A stretch of 64,000 nucleotides of DNA from Alphaproteobacteria bacterium (GTDB lineage: Bacteria > Pseudomonadota > Alphaproteobacteria > GCA-2731375): contig CBDDPY010000002.1 of the NCBI GenBank assembly GCA_965232515.1, positions 6,816,001-6,880,000 of the forward strand. The letters run 5' to 3'. The notes below the pieces were generated by a model. It saw only the letters and a program-made list of their open reading frames with translations, searched no databases and was not told the origin of the DNA. This document shows, in pieces, positions 51,599 through 60,950 of this stretch. How positions within the stretch are numbered: the first letter of the stretch is position 1; each line of letters starts with the position of its first letter. The translations under genes were made by a program, and so were the position numbers.

Positions 51599-52593
51599 AG
51601 GTCGCGATCGTCGCGGCGCTGCTGTCCGCGGGCCTGCTGCTGTCGGCGTGCAGCGCGCCGGTGGTGCGGCCGGCGGGGCCCGCGGTGCAGACGCCGGCGC
51701 TGACGTCGGACGCGCTTATCGTCCGCGACGGCGCGCGGCTGCCGCTGTCGCGCTGGCTGCCGGACGGGCGCGTGCGGGCGAACGTGATCGCGCTGCACAG
51801 CTTCGGCGACTACCGAAAGAGCTTCGAGGAACTGGGAGCCTGGCTGGCAAGCCGTGGCATTGCCGTCTATGCCTATGACCAGCGCGGCTTCGGGGCCGCG
51901 CCGCATCCCGGCATCTGGCCGGGCGAGGCAGCCCTGGTCGACGATCTCGCCGACGCCGTCACGGCGCTCCGCGCCAGTCCCGGCGGCGCCGCCGCGCCGC
52001 TGTTCCTGTTGGGCGAGAGCATGGGCGGCGGCGTCGCCATGATCCAGGCGGCCCGCGCGCCGGCCGGCATCGACGGACTGATCCTGGCTGAACCGGCGGT
52101 GCGCGAGGGCATATACTTCCGCTACCTCTGGGATGCGGCGTTGTGGACCGCGGCCCGCACCGCGCCGGACGCCAGCGTCACCGTGTCGCGGACCTGGCAT
52201 CGCGATCTGAGCCCGGCGGCGCGGGCCCGGCTTGGCGACGATCCGCTGGTGGTGCGCGAGGTGCGCGCCGACACCTATGACGGTCTGATCGACCTGACGG
52301 ACTCGGCGACGGCGGCGGCCGAGCGGATAACGACCCCGACACTGCTGCTGTTCGGCCGGGCGACCGGCATCGTCAAGAAACGCTCGCTTTGCCACGCGTT
52401 CGATGACCTCGACGGCAACGTCACCGGGATCCAGTATCGCGGCGCGCCGCATCTGCTGTTGCATGCGCGCGACTGGCATCGGATCGCGGAGGACATCGCC
52501 GGCTGGATCGCGCGCGAGACACCGCCGTCCTTGAAGGCAAGCGGCACGGCCGTCTCGGCGGCGACGGCCTGCGGCTTACGGCACGCATGGTAA
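51595..52593 (+). CDS. Lysophospholipase-like alpha/beta hydrolase lipoprotein
   Basis: GTG at 51595 overlapping upstream stop; lipobox LSAC; YDQRGFG, GESMGG, PHLLL. Confidence 0.85.
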   Translation: MKVAIVAALLSAGLLLSACSAPVVRPAGPAVQTPALTSDALIVRDGARLPLSRWLPDGRVRANVIALHSFGDYRKSFEELGAWLASRGIAVYAYDQRGFGAAPHPGIWPGEAALVDDLADAVTALRASPGGAAAPLFLLGESMGGGVAMIQAARAPAGIDGLILAEPAVREGIYFRYLWDAALWTAARTAPDASVTVSRTWHRDLSPAARARLGDDPLVVREVRADTYDGLIDLTDSATAAAERITTPTLLLFGRATGIVKKRSLCHAFDDLDGNVTGIQYRGAPHLLLHARDWHRIAEDIAGWIARETPPSLKASGTAVSAATACGLRHAW

Positions 52594-52605
52594 GCGGTTG
52601 TTAAC
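52590..52605. promoter_or_regulatory. CtrA-box-like site
   Basis: GTAA-GCGGTTG-TTAAC, 8/9 match to TTAA-N7-TTAAC. Confidence 0.45.
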
Positions 52606-52628
52606 CACGACGGGTGAGGGTGAGAGGC

Positions 52629-53465
52629 ATGACCTCCACCGCGGCGCAATCGCCCAAGAACGTGACGCCAGCTTTGCCGGCCGTTCGCTTCGGACTGGCC
52701 GAGCTTGACGATCCGGCGGTTCTCGCGCGGACATCGGTTCTTGCCGCCGCGGCGTTTCGCGACAACGGCGTGCTGTTGATCGAGAATGCCTTCTCGACGG
52801 CGTTCATCGACAAGCTGCACGCCGCCTACACCGACGAATACCGGGCCTACTTCCTCGACCTCGATTATCCAGACGCGCTCAACGTCGGAGACAAGCGCAC
52901 GATGATTACGGTGGCCTTCGCACCGCCGTTCAACGATCCCGATCTCTATGCCAGTCCGCTGGTGCTGCCGATCATCAGGCGCCTGCTGGGCGAGCGCTGC
53001 ATCCTCGGCAGCTTCGGTTCGGTGACGTCGCTGCCCGGTTCGGATCTGCAGCACATGCACGCCGATCATCCGCGCCTGTTCGACGATGATCCGGTCGACG
53101 CGGCGATGCCGCCGTTCGCGATCACCATGATCGTGCCGTTGGTCGACCTGAACGAGACGAACGGCACGACGCGTGTCTATCCCGGCAGCCACAAGGCGCC
53201 GATCCCGACGGCCAAGAGCATGGCCCATTGCGACCCCGTCGCGTCGCGCGGCGCCTGCTTGTTGATGGATTACCGGTTGTTTCACGGCGGCACCCCGAAC
53301 CGGTCGGCGGCGGTGCGGCCTATTCTCTACAATGTCTATTATCGGCCATGGTTTCGCGACTTCGTCAATTTCGGCAAGCAACCGCCGCTGGAGATCGATG
53401 CCGAGACCTATGGCGAAATCCCGGACAGCTACCGATCGCTGTTTCAATGGGCCTTGCGCGGCTGA
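52629..53465 (+). CDS. PhyH-family Fe(II)/2-oxoglutarate dioxygenase
   Basis: QHMHAD (HxD), NGTTRVYPGSH, LFHGGTPN..R. Confidence 0.88.
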   Translation: MTSTAAQSPKNVTPALPAVRFGLAELDDPAVLARTSVLAAAAFRDNGVLLIENAFSTAFIDKLHAAYTDEYRAYFLDLDYPDALNVGDKRTMITVAFAPPFNDPDLYASPLVLPIIRRLLGERCILGSFGSVTSLPGSDLQHMHADHPRLFDDDPVDAAMPPFAITMIVPLVDLNETNGTTRVYPGSHKAPIPTAKSMAHCDPVASRGACLLMDYRLFHGGTPNRSAAVRPILYNVYYRPWFRDFVNFGKQPPLEIDAETYGEIPDSYRSLFQWALRG

Positions 53466-53497
53466 GCGCGTACGACTGACCGAACGAACAAGCGACG

Positions 53498-53533
53498 CAA
53501 AAAAGAAACCGCCGACCCTGCAAGGCCGGCGGT
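53498..53533 (-). terminator. Probable intrinsic terminator of HU gene
   Basis: ACCGCCG...CGGCGGT stem followed on the minus strand by TTCTTTTTT. Confidence 0.6.
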
Positions 53534-53560
53534 CCCAACCGGAACTCGTTGTTCTGCTTA

Positions 53561-53845
53561 TTAGCAGCCGGCGGCCTTCTTAAGCTGCGCGGCGGGGCGG
53601 AACTTGAGCACCTTTGACGCCTTGATGCGGATCGGCTCGCCGGTGCGCGGGTTGCGCCCCTTGCGCGCCGGCCGCTTGGTCACCGTGAAGGTGCCGAAGT
53701 TGCCGATGGTGTACTTGCCCTCTTTCTTCGAAGCTTTAAGGCCGGCCTCAAGCTCGCCAAGAACCAGATCGACGGCGCGTTTCGCCTCCGCCTTGCTGAC
53801 CTTCCCCTTCTTGGCGACGCGTTCGATAAATATAGCCCTGCTCAT
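53561..53845 (-). CDS. HU/IHF-family DNA-binding protein
   Basis: GNFGTFTV..RPARKGRNPRTGEPIRIKAS..FRP. Confidence 0.93.
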   Translation of the reverse strand: MSRAIFIERVAKKGKVSKAEAKRAVDLVLGELEAGLKASKKEGKYTIGNFGTFTVTKRPARKGRNPRTGEPIRIKASKVLKFRPAAQLKKAAGC

Positions 53846-54127
53846 ATCTCACCTTCTGTGATCACGGGACGAAAACGGCAGACTTGTGCCAGAACGCTCC
53901 CATCGCGACAAGGATAAACTGCGCAAACCCCTTATTTTTAAGGCTTTGCCGCCCACCGCGCGAAGCAAATGCAGTATTTCACTGGGTTTGCGTGTGCAGG
54001 GAATCGCGAATCACTTCGCCTTGCATATCGATGGCCGGCGCGCAAAGCGCGACGCGGCGTGCGTGCTGTGGAACAATCGCCGCCGTCGGGTACATGGACC
54101 GTATGTCTCAAGGGGAGTCTGCCGATC

Positions 54128-54964
54128 ATGACGAACACCATTGCCGATCTGATCGAGCATCGCTTCGGTCTGCCGAGCGACGCGGGCCGCGGGATGCCGG
54201 CCGACGGCACGCTGGCGCAGCTGCTCAAGCATCGCACGCATCGCCGGTATGCGGACGCGCCGGTGCCCGACGACCTGCTGCAGGTGCTGCTGGCCTGCGC
54301 GTTCTCGGCGCCGTCGAAGTCCGATCTGCAACAGGCCTCGGTCGTGCTGATCAAGGACGCGCGAAAACGTCAGGCGCTCGCCGACCTGATCCCGAGCATG
54401 CCGTGGATCGGGAGCGCGCCGGTGTTCATGGTATTCTGCGGCGACAACCGGCGCATCCGCCGGATCTGCGAGATGCGCGGCCGGCCGTTCGCCAACGACA
54501 ATCTCGACAGCTTCATGAACGCCGCCGTCGATACCGGCCTGGTGATGCAGAGCTTCATCGTCGCCGCCGAAGCCGCGGGCCTGGGCTGTTGTCCGATCAG
54601 CGTGCTGCGCAACCACATCGACGCGGTGGCTGCGCTGCTGGAGCTGCCGGACGGCGTGTTTCCGCTGGCCGGTCTTTGCGTCGGCGTGCCAGCGCAGGAA
54701 GGTTATGTCAGCCTGCGCCTGCCACCGGCCGCGACCGTGCACACCGACCGTTACGACGACAGCGACCTGCCGGCGGCCATCGACGGTTACGACCGCCGGC
54801 GCGACGCGCGGTATTCGGTGCCGCCGGAAAAGCAGCGCTACGTCGACGACTACGGCGTCGCGGATTTCTACGGCTGGTCGGAAGACAAGGCCCGACAGGT
54901 ATCGCGGCCGGAGCGTATGCAGTTGCGCGACTATCTCGAGCGCCACGGCTTCGCCTTGCGTTGA
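54128..54964 (+). CDS. Nitroreductase/flavin reductase (NfsA/Frp-like)
   Basis: HRTHRRY, APSKSDLQ, AAEAAGLGCCPI, RLP...H. Confidence 0.88.
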   Translation: MTNTIADLIEHRFGLPSDAGRGMPADGTLAQLLKHRTHRRYADAPVPDDLLQVLLACAFSAPSKSDLQQASVVLIKDARKRQALADLIPSMPWIGSAPVFMVFCGDNRRIRRICEMRGRPFANDNLDSFMNAAVDTGLVMQSFIVAAEAAGLGCCPISVLRNHIDAVAALLELPDGVFPLAGLCVGVPAQEGYVSLRLPPAATVHTDRYDDSDLPAAIDGYDRRRDARYSVPPEKQRYVDDYGVADFYGWSEDKARQVSRPERMQLRDYLERHGFALR

Positions 54965-54996
54965 GTAGGCTTTTTTGTCGGCCAAATTGGCCTGTT

Positions 54997-55079
54997 CTCG
55001 ACCCGTCCCACTCCCCCACCCGACCACCCACGGAAGTATGCTCAATGGGTGGTCGGGTGGGGGCGTGGGACGGGTCGAG
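54997..55079. repeat. 34-bp-arm inverted repeat with C-rich/G-rich arms
   Basis: Arms 54997-55030 and 55046-55079 complementary at 33/34 positions, 15-nt loop. Confidence 0.9.
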
Positions 55080-55118
55080 TTCGATGCCCATCGGCATCGA
55101 TATTGATAGGGGGAGGCG

Positions 55119-55562
55119 ATGGCCTGGTTTTATCTTTTGCTCGCCGGCATGTGCGGCGTGATGGTGCCGTTGCAGGCGGGCATCAACGGCGAGCTGGCAC
55201 GCCGTATCGGTCAGCCGGCGACGGCGGCGTTGATCTCCGTCGCGGTAACGTTGATGGTCTTCGTCAGCTATCGCCTGTTCCTGCGCGCGCCGCTGCCCGG
55301 CATGAAGGACTTCGCCGCCCTGCCGTGGTGGCTTTGGACCGGCGGTCTGCTCGGCGCCTTCTTCGTCATCGGCTCGCTGACCGCCGCACCGAAGATCGGC
55401 GCCGCCTCGCTGGTCGCTTTCGTCGTCGCCGGCCAGATCCTCGCCGCCCTGGCGCTCGATCACTTCGGCATCGCCGGTTATGCGACGCAGGCCTTCTCGC
55501 CGTGGCGACTGGTCGGCGCCGCCATGCTGATGGTCGGCGTCATTCTGATCCTCAACAGCTAG
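55119..55562 (+). CDS. DMT-family transporter (YdcZ/DUF606)
   Basis: LQAGING, PWWLWTGGLLGA, PKIGA, GQ..LDHFG. Confidence 0.88.
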   Translation: MAWFYLLLAGMCGVMVPLQAGINGELARRIGQPATAALISVAVTLMVFVSYRLFLRAPLPGMKDFAALPWWLWTGGLLGAFFVIGSLTAAPKIGAASLVAFVVAGQILAALALDHFGIAGYATQAFSPWRLVGAAMLMVGVILILNS

Positions 55563-55568
55563 GCGAAA

Positions 55569-56069
55569 CTAACGCCGCGATGGGTCGGTGCGCTGCTGCC
55601 GGATGCGCTCCTGGTCGAGGCGGCGGTCGCGGATGCGTTGCTGCTGTTGCTCGATCAGCATGCGGTGGCTGCTGCCGCCCCAGTCCCGGGTACAGCCGGC
55701 GGCCTGGCCGCGGCAGAAGTCGCGGAATTGACGGTTGAGCGCCGGCGGCGGGCTGACCAGCGGCCGCACCTGCTGGCGCGACGACGACGGCGGTGGCGAC
55801 GGCGCCACGATGGATGGCGATGGCAGAGGCCGGATAAGCGAAGGCGTCGGCCGTTGCACGCCCGGCGACGGATCGGGCAGGCGGGGCACGCGCGCGGAAA
55901 TCGCCGGCCGGCCCTGCACCAGCGACGGCACCGATCTGTTCAGGCCGAGCGTCGGCGGCTGCGACGACGACTGGGCCGGTTCACCATCGGCCGATGACGC
56001 GGTCTGCGCCGCCGCCGGGGCCGGCAGCACGGCCAGCCCGAACGCGATGATGGCCAGTCGACTCCACAT
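55569..56069 (-). CDS. Pro/Ser-rich secreted hypothetical protein
   Basis: GGAGG RBS, signal peptide MWSRLAIIAFGLAVLPAPAAAQ, low-complexity body, one Cys pair. Confidence 0.6.
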   Translation of the reverse strand: MWSRLAIIAFGLAVLPAPAAAQTASSADGEPAQSSSQPPTLGLNRSVPSLVQGRPAISARVPRLPDPSPGVQRPTPSLIRPLPSPSIVAPSPPPSSSRQQVRPLVSPPPALNRQFRDFCRGQAAGCTRDWGGSSHRMLIEQQQQRIRDRRLDQERIRQQRTDPSRR

Positions 56070-56167
56070 TGCGCGACCTCCTGGCGAGCGAGCGTTACGA
56101 TAGCACCTGGCGCGTGGCGGTTCCGTGTTATCGTCGCGGCCGTCTTGCGTTTGGGAGCCAACGAACC

Positions 56168-56950
56168 ATGACCGAGCCGTCACCAGCCGTCCACGTCGAC
56201 ATCGAAACGCGGTCCGACGGCGGCCGTATCGCCACCGTCACCTACGACAATCGATATAAGTTGAACTGCCTGCCATCGCCACTGCTGGCCGAATTCGTCG
56301 CCGCGTTCGAGCGGCTGGCCGCAGACGACGACCTGCGCGCCGTGGTGCTGACCGGCGCCGGCGACAAGGCCTTCATCGGCGGCGCCGACATCAACGAGCT
56401 GTCGGATCTGACGCCGGAGACGGCGCGCGCTTTCATCTCGAAGGTGCAGGCGGCCTGCGGCGCCGTGCGCGCGCTGCCGGTGCCCGTGGTGGCGCGCATC
56501 CGCGGCTACTGCCTGGGCGCGGGGCTTGAGATCGCCGCCGCCTGCGATCTGCGCATCGCCGACGACAGCGCCGTGTTCGGCATGCCGGAGGTCCGGGTCG
56601 GTCTGCCGTCGGTCGTCGAGGCCGCGCTGCTGCCGCAGCTCGTCGGCTGGGGCAAGGCGCGCGAGATGGTCTATCTGGCGCTGAACTATTCGGCCGCCGA
56701 GGCGGCGGCGATGGGGCTGGTCGAGCGCCTGGTCGCGCCGGCCGAGCTGGATGCCGCCGTGGCGGAATGGGTTGACCATATCGCGTCGGCCGGACCGCTG
56801 GCGATCCGGGCGCAGAAGGCGTTGGTCGCCAAATGGGAGGCGCTGCCGCTGGCCGACGCCATCCGGGCCGGTATCGACTCGCTGGCCGACAGCTATCACA
56901 CCGACGAGCCGCGCCGGATGATGCAGCCGTTTTTCGATCGCAAACGCTGA
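56168..56950 (+). CDS. Enoyl-CoA hydratase/isomerase family protein
   Basis: AFIGGADI, GYCLGAGLE, CDLRIA, FGMPEVRVG. Confidence 0.9.
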   Translation: MTEPSPAVHVDIETRSDGGRIATVTYDNRYKLNCLPSPLLAEFVAAFERLAADDDLRAVVLTGAGDKAFIGGADINELSDLTPETARAFISKVQAACGAVRALPVPVVARIRGYCLGAGLEIAAACDLRIADDSAVFGMPEVRVGLPSVVEAALLPQLVGWGKAREMVYLALNYSAAEAAAMGLVERLVAPAELDAAVAEWVDHIASAGPLAIRAQKALVAKWEALPLADAIRAGIDSLADSYHTDEPRRMMQPFFDRKR

Positions 56951-56967
56951 ACGGAGACCGGCAACGG

Positions 56968-57510
56968 ATGTCCGACGTCTGGGTGTTCGGCTACGGATCG
57001 CTGATGTGGGATCCGGGATTTCGGCACGCCGATACGGCGCCGGCGCTGATCCGCGGCTGGCATCGCGCCTTCTCGATCGTCAGCCACGAGAGCTGGGGCA
57101 GCGCCGACCGGCCCGGTCTGGTCGCCGCGCTGCATGCCGGCGGCGCCTGCCGGGGACTGGCGTTGCGCGTGCCGCGGCGCGATTGGGCGGACGCGCGCGA
57201 CTATCTCGATCGGCGCGAGAACGCCTACCGGCGGATTGCGGCGACGGTCGAGCTGCACGATGGTGGACGGCAAACGACGGTTTCCGCCGTGACGTATGTA
57301 TTCGACCCCGCACATGAACGCGCCGTCGGCAAGCTGCCGCTCATGGAGACGGCGCGCCTGATCGCCCAGGGCGAGGGGCGCAAGGGCAGCGCGCGCAGCT
57401 ATCTCTTCAACACGGTCGATTGTCTGACCGACATGGGCAGCCGGCCCGGGCAGCCCCTGCGCAAGCTGGTCGACGCAGTCAACGCGCGAGCGCCGCGGCG
57501 TCGGCCATGA
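56968..57510 (+). CDS. ChaC-family gamma-glutamylcyclotransferase
   Basis: WVFGYGSLMWDPGF, YLDRRE. Confidence 0.9.
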   Translation: MSDVWVFGYGSLMWDPGFRHADTAPALIRGWHRAFSIVSHESWGSADRPGLVAALHAGGACRGLALRVPRRDWADARDYLDRRENAYRRIAATVELHDGGRQTTVSAVTYVFDPAHERAVGKLPLMETARLIAQGEGRKGSARSYLFNTVDCLTDMGSRPGQPLRKLVDAVNARAPRRRP

Positions 57511-57529
57511 TGCGGGTCGGAGATGTAGG

Positions 57530-57736
57530 CTAGGGCCCGGCCGGCTGGTTGCGGCGGTCTTCCTGCTGCCGGATCCACTCGAGATCACGCGCCACGCATT
57601 CGTTGTATTCCGGCGTGCCCTTGACGAACCCGGCCCGTTCGCAACGTTCCTGGAACCAGGTCGGACGTTCGGTCTGGCAGGCCGACAGCGCGGCGCCGAG
57701 AGCGGCGAAAAAGATCAGACGCGACATGTGGGTCAT
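57530..57736 (-). CDS. Small lipoprotein
   Basis: Lipobox LSAC; C..GF..GT..Y..C motif. Confidence 0.7.
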   Translation of the reverse strand: MTHMSRLIFFAALGAALSACQTERPTWFQERCERAGFVKGTPEYNECVARDLEWIRQQEDRRNQPAGP

Positions 57737-57865
57737 GGGAAAAAGCCGGCCGCCGTCGACGTTAACGAATCACGAACCATAACGTATCACAGGCCCTGCC
57801 GGTCGACGATTTTACCGTCGGCACGCCGTCCACCGGCGCCGGCCGTGACAATGCCGTGACCGGCG

Positions 57866-57880
57866 GTAAGGAATCGGTAA
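57866..57880. promoter_or_regulatory. Degenerate CtrA-like site containing GANTC upstream of flp
   Basis: GTAA-GGAATCG-GTAA; a second half-site TTAA-CGAATCA-CGAA at 57762-57776. Confidence 0.35.
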
Positions 57881-57975
57881 AGGTTTTTCTGTCAGGCTGA
57901 CCATCAAGCTCACACAATCAATGGTCCCGGATCGGTCGCCATGCGTACCCCAGCGCGACTGGAAAGGAGGATCAC

Positions 57976-58161
57976 ATGTGGTACCAACTCGCCGTCAGAC
58001 TGGGCGCCGTTCGCAGAAACCGAAAGGGCGCGACCGCGATCGAATATGCGTTGATCGCCGCCGGCATCTCACTGGCCATCATCACCACGGTGTTCCTGCT
58101 CGGCACCGACGTGCTCGGACTCTACCAGGACGTCGAGAGCGGCTTCGCCAGCAACGGTTGA
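57976..58161 (+). CDS. flp: Flp/Tad type IVb prepilin
   Basis: KG^ATAIEYALIA Flp motif; RBS AAAGGAGG. Confidence 0.92.
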   Translation: MWYQLAVRLGAVRRNRKGATAIEYALIAAGISLAIITTVFLLGTDVLGLYQDVESGFASNG

Positions 58162-58203
58162 TTGGGGGCCGGTCAAAGCTGATCGAGACGATCGGCGCCG
58201 GCC

Positions 58204-58923
58204 TCACCGGGTCAGCGCGCCGTCGAACTCGACCTCGAGCACGCCGGCGAGTTTTTCCAGACGATCCCGGCCGCGGATATAGAGCGTCGAGCCCTTGCGG
58301 TCGATGATGCCGCCGCTCGCGAGCTGGCTCATGGAGCGCGCCACCGTCTCACGCGTCGTGCTGGCGCGACTGGCGATCACCTTGTGCGTCGGCACGTTGC
58401 GGATCGCCCATTCGCCGTTTTCAGGCCCCGTCTCCTCGGCCAGCCGCAGCAGCTCGACATAGACCCGCTGCACGGCGCCCAGCGTCGACAGATCCATAAT
58501 CCGCTCGTCGCAGGACCGCACGATGGCGGCGAGCTTGTTCATGACCACCAAAGCCAACTCGGGATTGTCCCGCAGCAGATCGATGAACAGCCGCGGCGAC
58601 AGCGAGGCCAGCAGGCAGTTGTCGATCGCCACCACGCTCGCCGAGCGGGGCTGACCGTCGATGGCCGAGAGCTCGCCGAAAAAGCCGCCGGCGCCGACGC
58701 GCGCCAACGCGATCTCGCGGCCGGTCATCGAGAAGTTGACAACCTGCACCGAACCGTCGACGACGAAATAGACGTCGCGATCGTCGCTGTCCTTGTCGAG
58801 GATCTGCTCCTCGGACTTATAGCGCCGCCAGCGGCATCGTTTTTCCAGGTTTCGTAGCGCCTCGGCGGGGATATCCGCCAGAAGCTGAACGCCGTCGAGA
58901 CGGCTTTGCGCATCCCCTGTCAC
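58204..58923 (-). CDS. Crp/Fnr-family transcription regulator with cNMP pocket
   Basis: FFGELSAIDGQPRSA; HTH STTRETVAR; GTG start 58923 after AGGGG. Confidence 0.9.
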   Translation of the reverse strand: MTGDAQSRLDGVQLLADIPAEALRNLEKRCRWRRYKSEEQILDKDSDDRDVYFVVDGSVQVVNFSMTGREIALARVGAGGFFGELSAIDGQPRSASVVAIDNCLLASLSPRLFIDLLRDNPELALVVMNKLAAIVRSCDERIMDLSTLGAVQRVYVELLRLAEETGPENGEWAIRNVPTHKVIASRASTTRETVARSMSQLASGGIIDRKGSTLYIRGRDRLEKLAGVLEVEFDGALTR

Positions 58924-59034
58924 GTCGAACTGTCCCCTGAGCGTGCCCGTTGCGTGCCGGTGTCGCCGAGTATACACAAAAAGCCGCCGCCGACGACGCT
59001 CGACGCGGCATGGCATCGCAGTGGAGACGCCGGG

Positions 59035-60210
59035 CTAGCCGCCGAGCAGGAGCGCGTCGCGTTCGTAGAGCCGGCGCGCCAGGTGCAGCAGCGCCAGCGC
59101 GGCGAGGCTGGTGGCGACCACCGACAAAGCCGCCTGCGCCGGGTCGACCGGTTCGTTGCGAACGAGCTGGCCGATCAGCAGGATCTGCCCGAAGGTCGGC
59201 AGCGCCATCATCCAGAGCTGCGCCTTCAGCGGCACGAAGACCAGGATCATGCCCGGCAGCGCCGGGATCAGCGGCAGCAGGCCGAGATAGGTCTGCGTCT
59301 CCTTGTAGCTGCGGCTGGCGGCGGCGACGATAATCTGCAGCGCCACCGCGAACAGCATCAGCGGCAGGCTGATGACGAAGATGGCGACGAAGACGTCGAG
59401 ACCGGGATCGATCGGCACGCCGAAGCCGCCGAGCGACAACAGGCCGAACATGGCCTTGAACGCGGTGAGCTGCAGGAGCACGGTGACCGCGGTGAAGGCA
59501 AGCGTCGCCATCGCCTTGCCGAGCATGACGTCGCGCCGCGCCACCGGATTGACCAGCAGCGGCTCCAGGCTGCCGCGCTCGCGTTCGCCGCTGGTGCTGT
59601 CGATCGCCAGATAAACGCCGCCGACGAAGATGGTGAAGATCACGAACGGCGGCAGCATGTTGAGGAAAAATCCGGCGAGACTGCGGCTTTCGCTGACGTT
59701 CACGTGCGCGATCCGCAACGGCCGGGCGCTGGCTGGATCGATGCCGTGGCGCCGCAGGCGGTCATCGGCGAGCTCGGCGGCATAGCGTTGCAACAGGCCG
59801 GCGACGCGGCCGCTGCTGACGACCGTCGAAAGCCGGGTGGTGCTGATCAGCAAGCTGAGCCCCGCGGGCCTTTCGGCCGCCAGGTCGACGGCAAAGCCGT
59901 CGTCGACGATGAGCGCGATCTCGATATTGCCGTCGCGCACCGCGGCGGCCGGATCGTCGGGCGCGGCGGTGACCTCGATGCCGTTGTCCCTGAGGAAGGC
60001 GAGCAGTTCGGGCGCCCGCTCGCCGCCGGCGACCGCCAGCGTCACCGGGGCGTCGCCGCCTCGGCTGGTCAGGCCGCCGACGAAGGCCATCAGCAATCCC
60101 AGCAGCGTCGCGCCCACCAGCGGATAGATCAGGGCGACGAAGACGCTGCGCCGGTCGCGCAGGTTGTCGACCATCTCCTTAGCGAACACCACGCCGACGG
60201 CTGACGTCAC
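59035..60210 (-). CDS. NatB-like ABC-2 permease
   Basis: KEMVDNLRDRRS, AIDSTSGERERGSLEPLL, SYKETQ. Confidence 0.88.
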   Translation of the reverse strand: MTSAVGVVFAKEMVDNLRDRRSVFVALIYPLVGATLLGLLMAFVGGLTSRGGDAPVTLAVAGGERAPELLAFLRDNGIEVTAAPDDPAAAVRDGNIEIALIVDDGFAVDLAAERPAGLSLLISTTRLSTVVSSGRVAGLLQRYAAELADDRLRRHGIDPASARPLRIAHVNVSESRSLAGFFLNMLPPFVIFTIFVGGVYLAIDSTSGERERGSLEPLLVNPVARRDVMLGKAMATLAFTAVTVLLQLTAFKAMFGLLSLGGFGVPIDPGLDVFVAIFVISLPLMLFAVALQIIVAAASRSYKETQTYLGLLPLIPALPGMILVFVPLKAQLWMMALPTFGQILLIGQLVRNEPVDPAQAALSVVATSLAALALLHLARRLYERDALLLGG

Positions 60211-60950
60211 GCCGCGCTCCCGAGACCGGCCTCAGGGCCGCCGATGCTCTGCAGGAAGACATCTTCGAGGGCCGCGCAGCCGGTGCGCCGACGCAGCTCG
60301 TCCGGCGTGCCGCTGGCGACGACGCGGCCGCCGGCGATAACCACCAGGCGATCGCAGAGCGCCTCGACCTCGGCCATGATGTGGCTCGACAGCAGGATGC
60401 AGCGACCGGCGTCGCGCAGCTCGGCGATCAATTGCCGTACCGCCCGGCCGGCGCCGATATCCAGACCGTTGGTCGGCTCGTCGAGGATCAGGTTGCGCGG
60501 TTCGTGCACCAGCGCGCGAGCCAGCGCCACCTTCAGCGACTGGCCGCGCGAGAATCCCTTGGCCCGCCGGTCGGCGATGTCGGCCATGCCGAGGCGGTCG
60601 ATCAGATCATCGCAGCGGGCCTCCAACGCATCGGACGGCAGGCCGTGCAGACGGCCGAAATAGCGGATGTGCTCGCGCGCGGTCAGGCGCGGATAGAGGC
60701 CGCGCGCATCGGGCAGCACGCCGATCCGACGCTGCACCTCGCGGGGCTGCGTGGCGGCGTCGAAGCCGTCGACGCGGGCCCTGCCGGCGTCCGCCCGGAG
60801 CGCCGTGTAGAGAATGCGCAGGCTGGTGGTCTTGCCGGCGCCGTTCGGGCCGATCAGACCGGTGATCTCGCCGTCGCGGGCGGTGAAGCTGACGCCGCTC
60901 AGCGCCTGCAGGCCGCGGAACGCCTTCGACAGATGGCGGACGTCGATCAC
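60207..60950 (-). CDS. NatA-like ABC ATPase
   Basis: GTG start VIDVRHLSK; GPNGAGKTT, FSRGQ, LDEPTNGLD. Confidence 0.9.
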   Translation of the reverse strand: MIDVRHLSKAFRGLQALSGVSFTARDGEITGLIGPNGAGKTTSLRILYTALRADAGRARVDGFDAATQPREVQRRIGVLPDARGLYPRLTAREHIRYFGRLHGLPSDALEARCDDLIDRLGMADIADRRAKGFSRGQSLKVALARALVHEPRNLILDEPTNGLDIGAGRAVRQLIAELRDAGRCILLSSHIMAEVEALCDRLVVIAGGRVVASGTPDELRRRTGCAALEDVFLQSIGGPEAGLGSAA

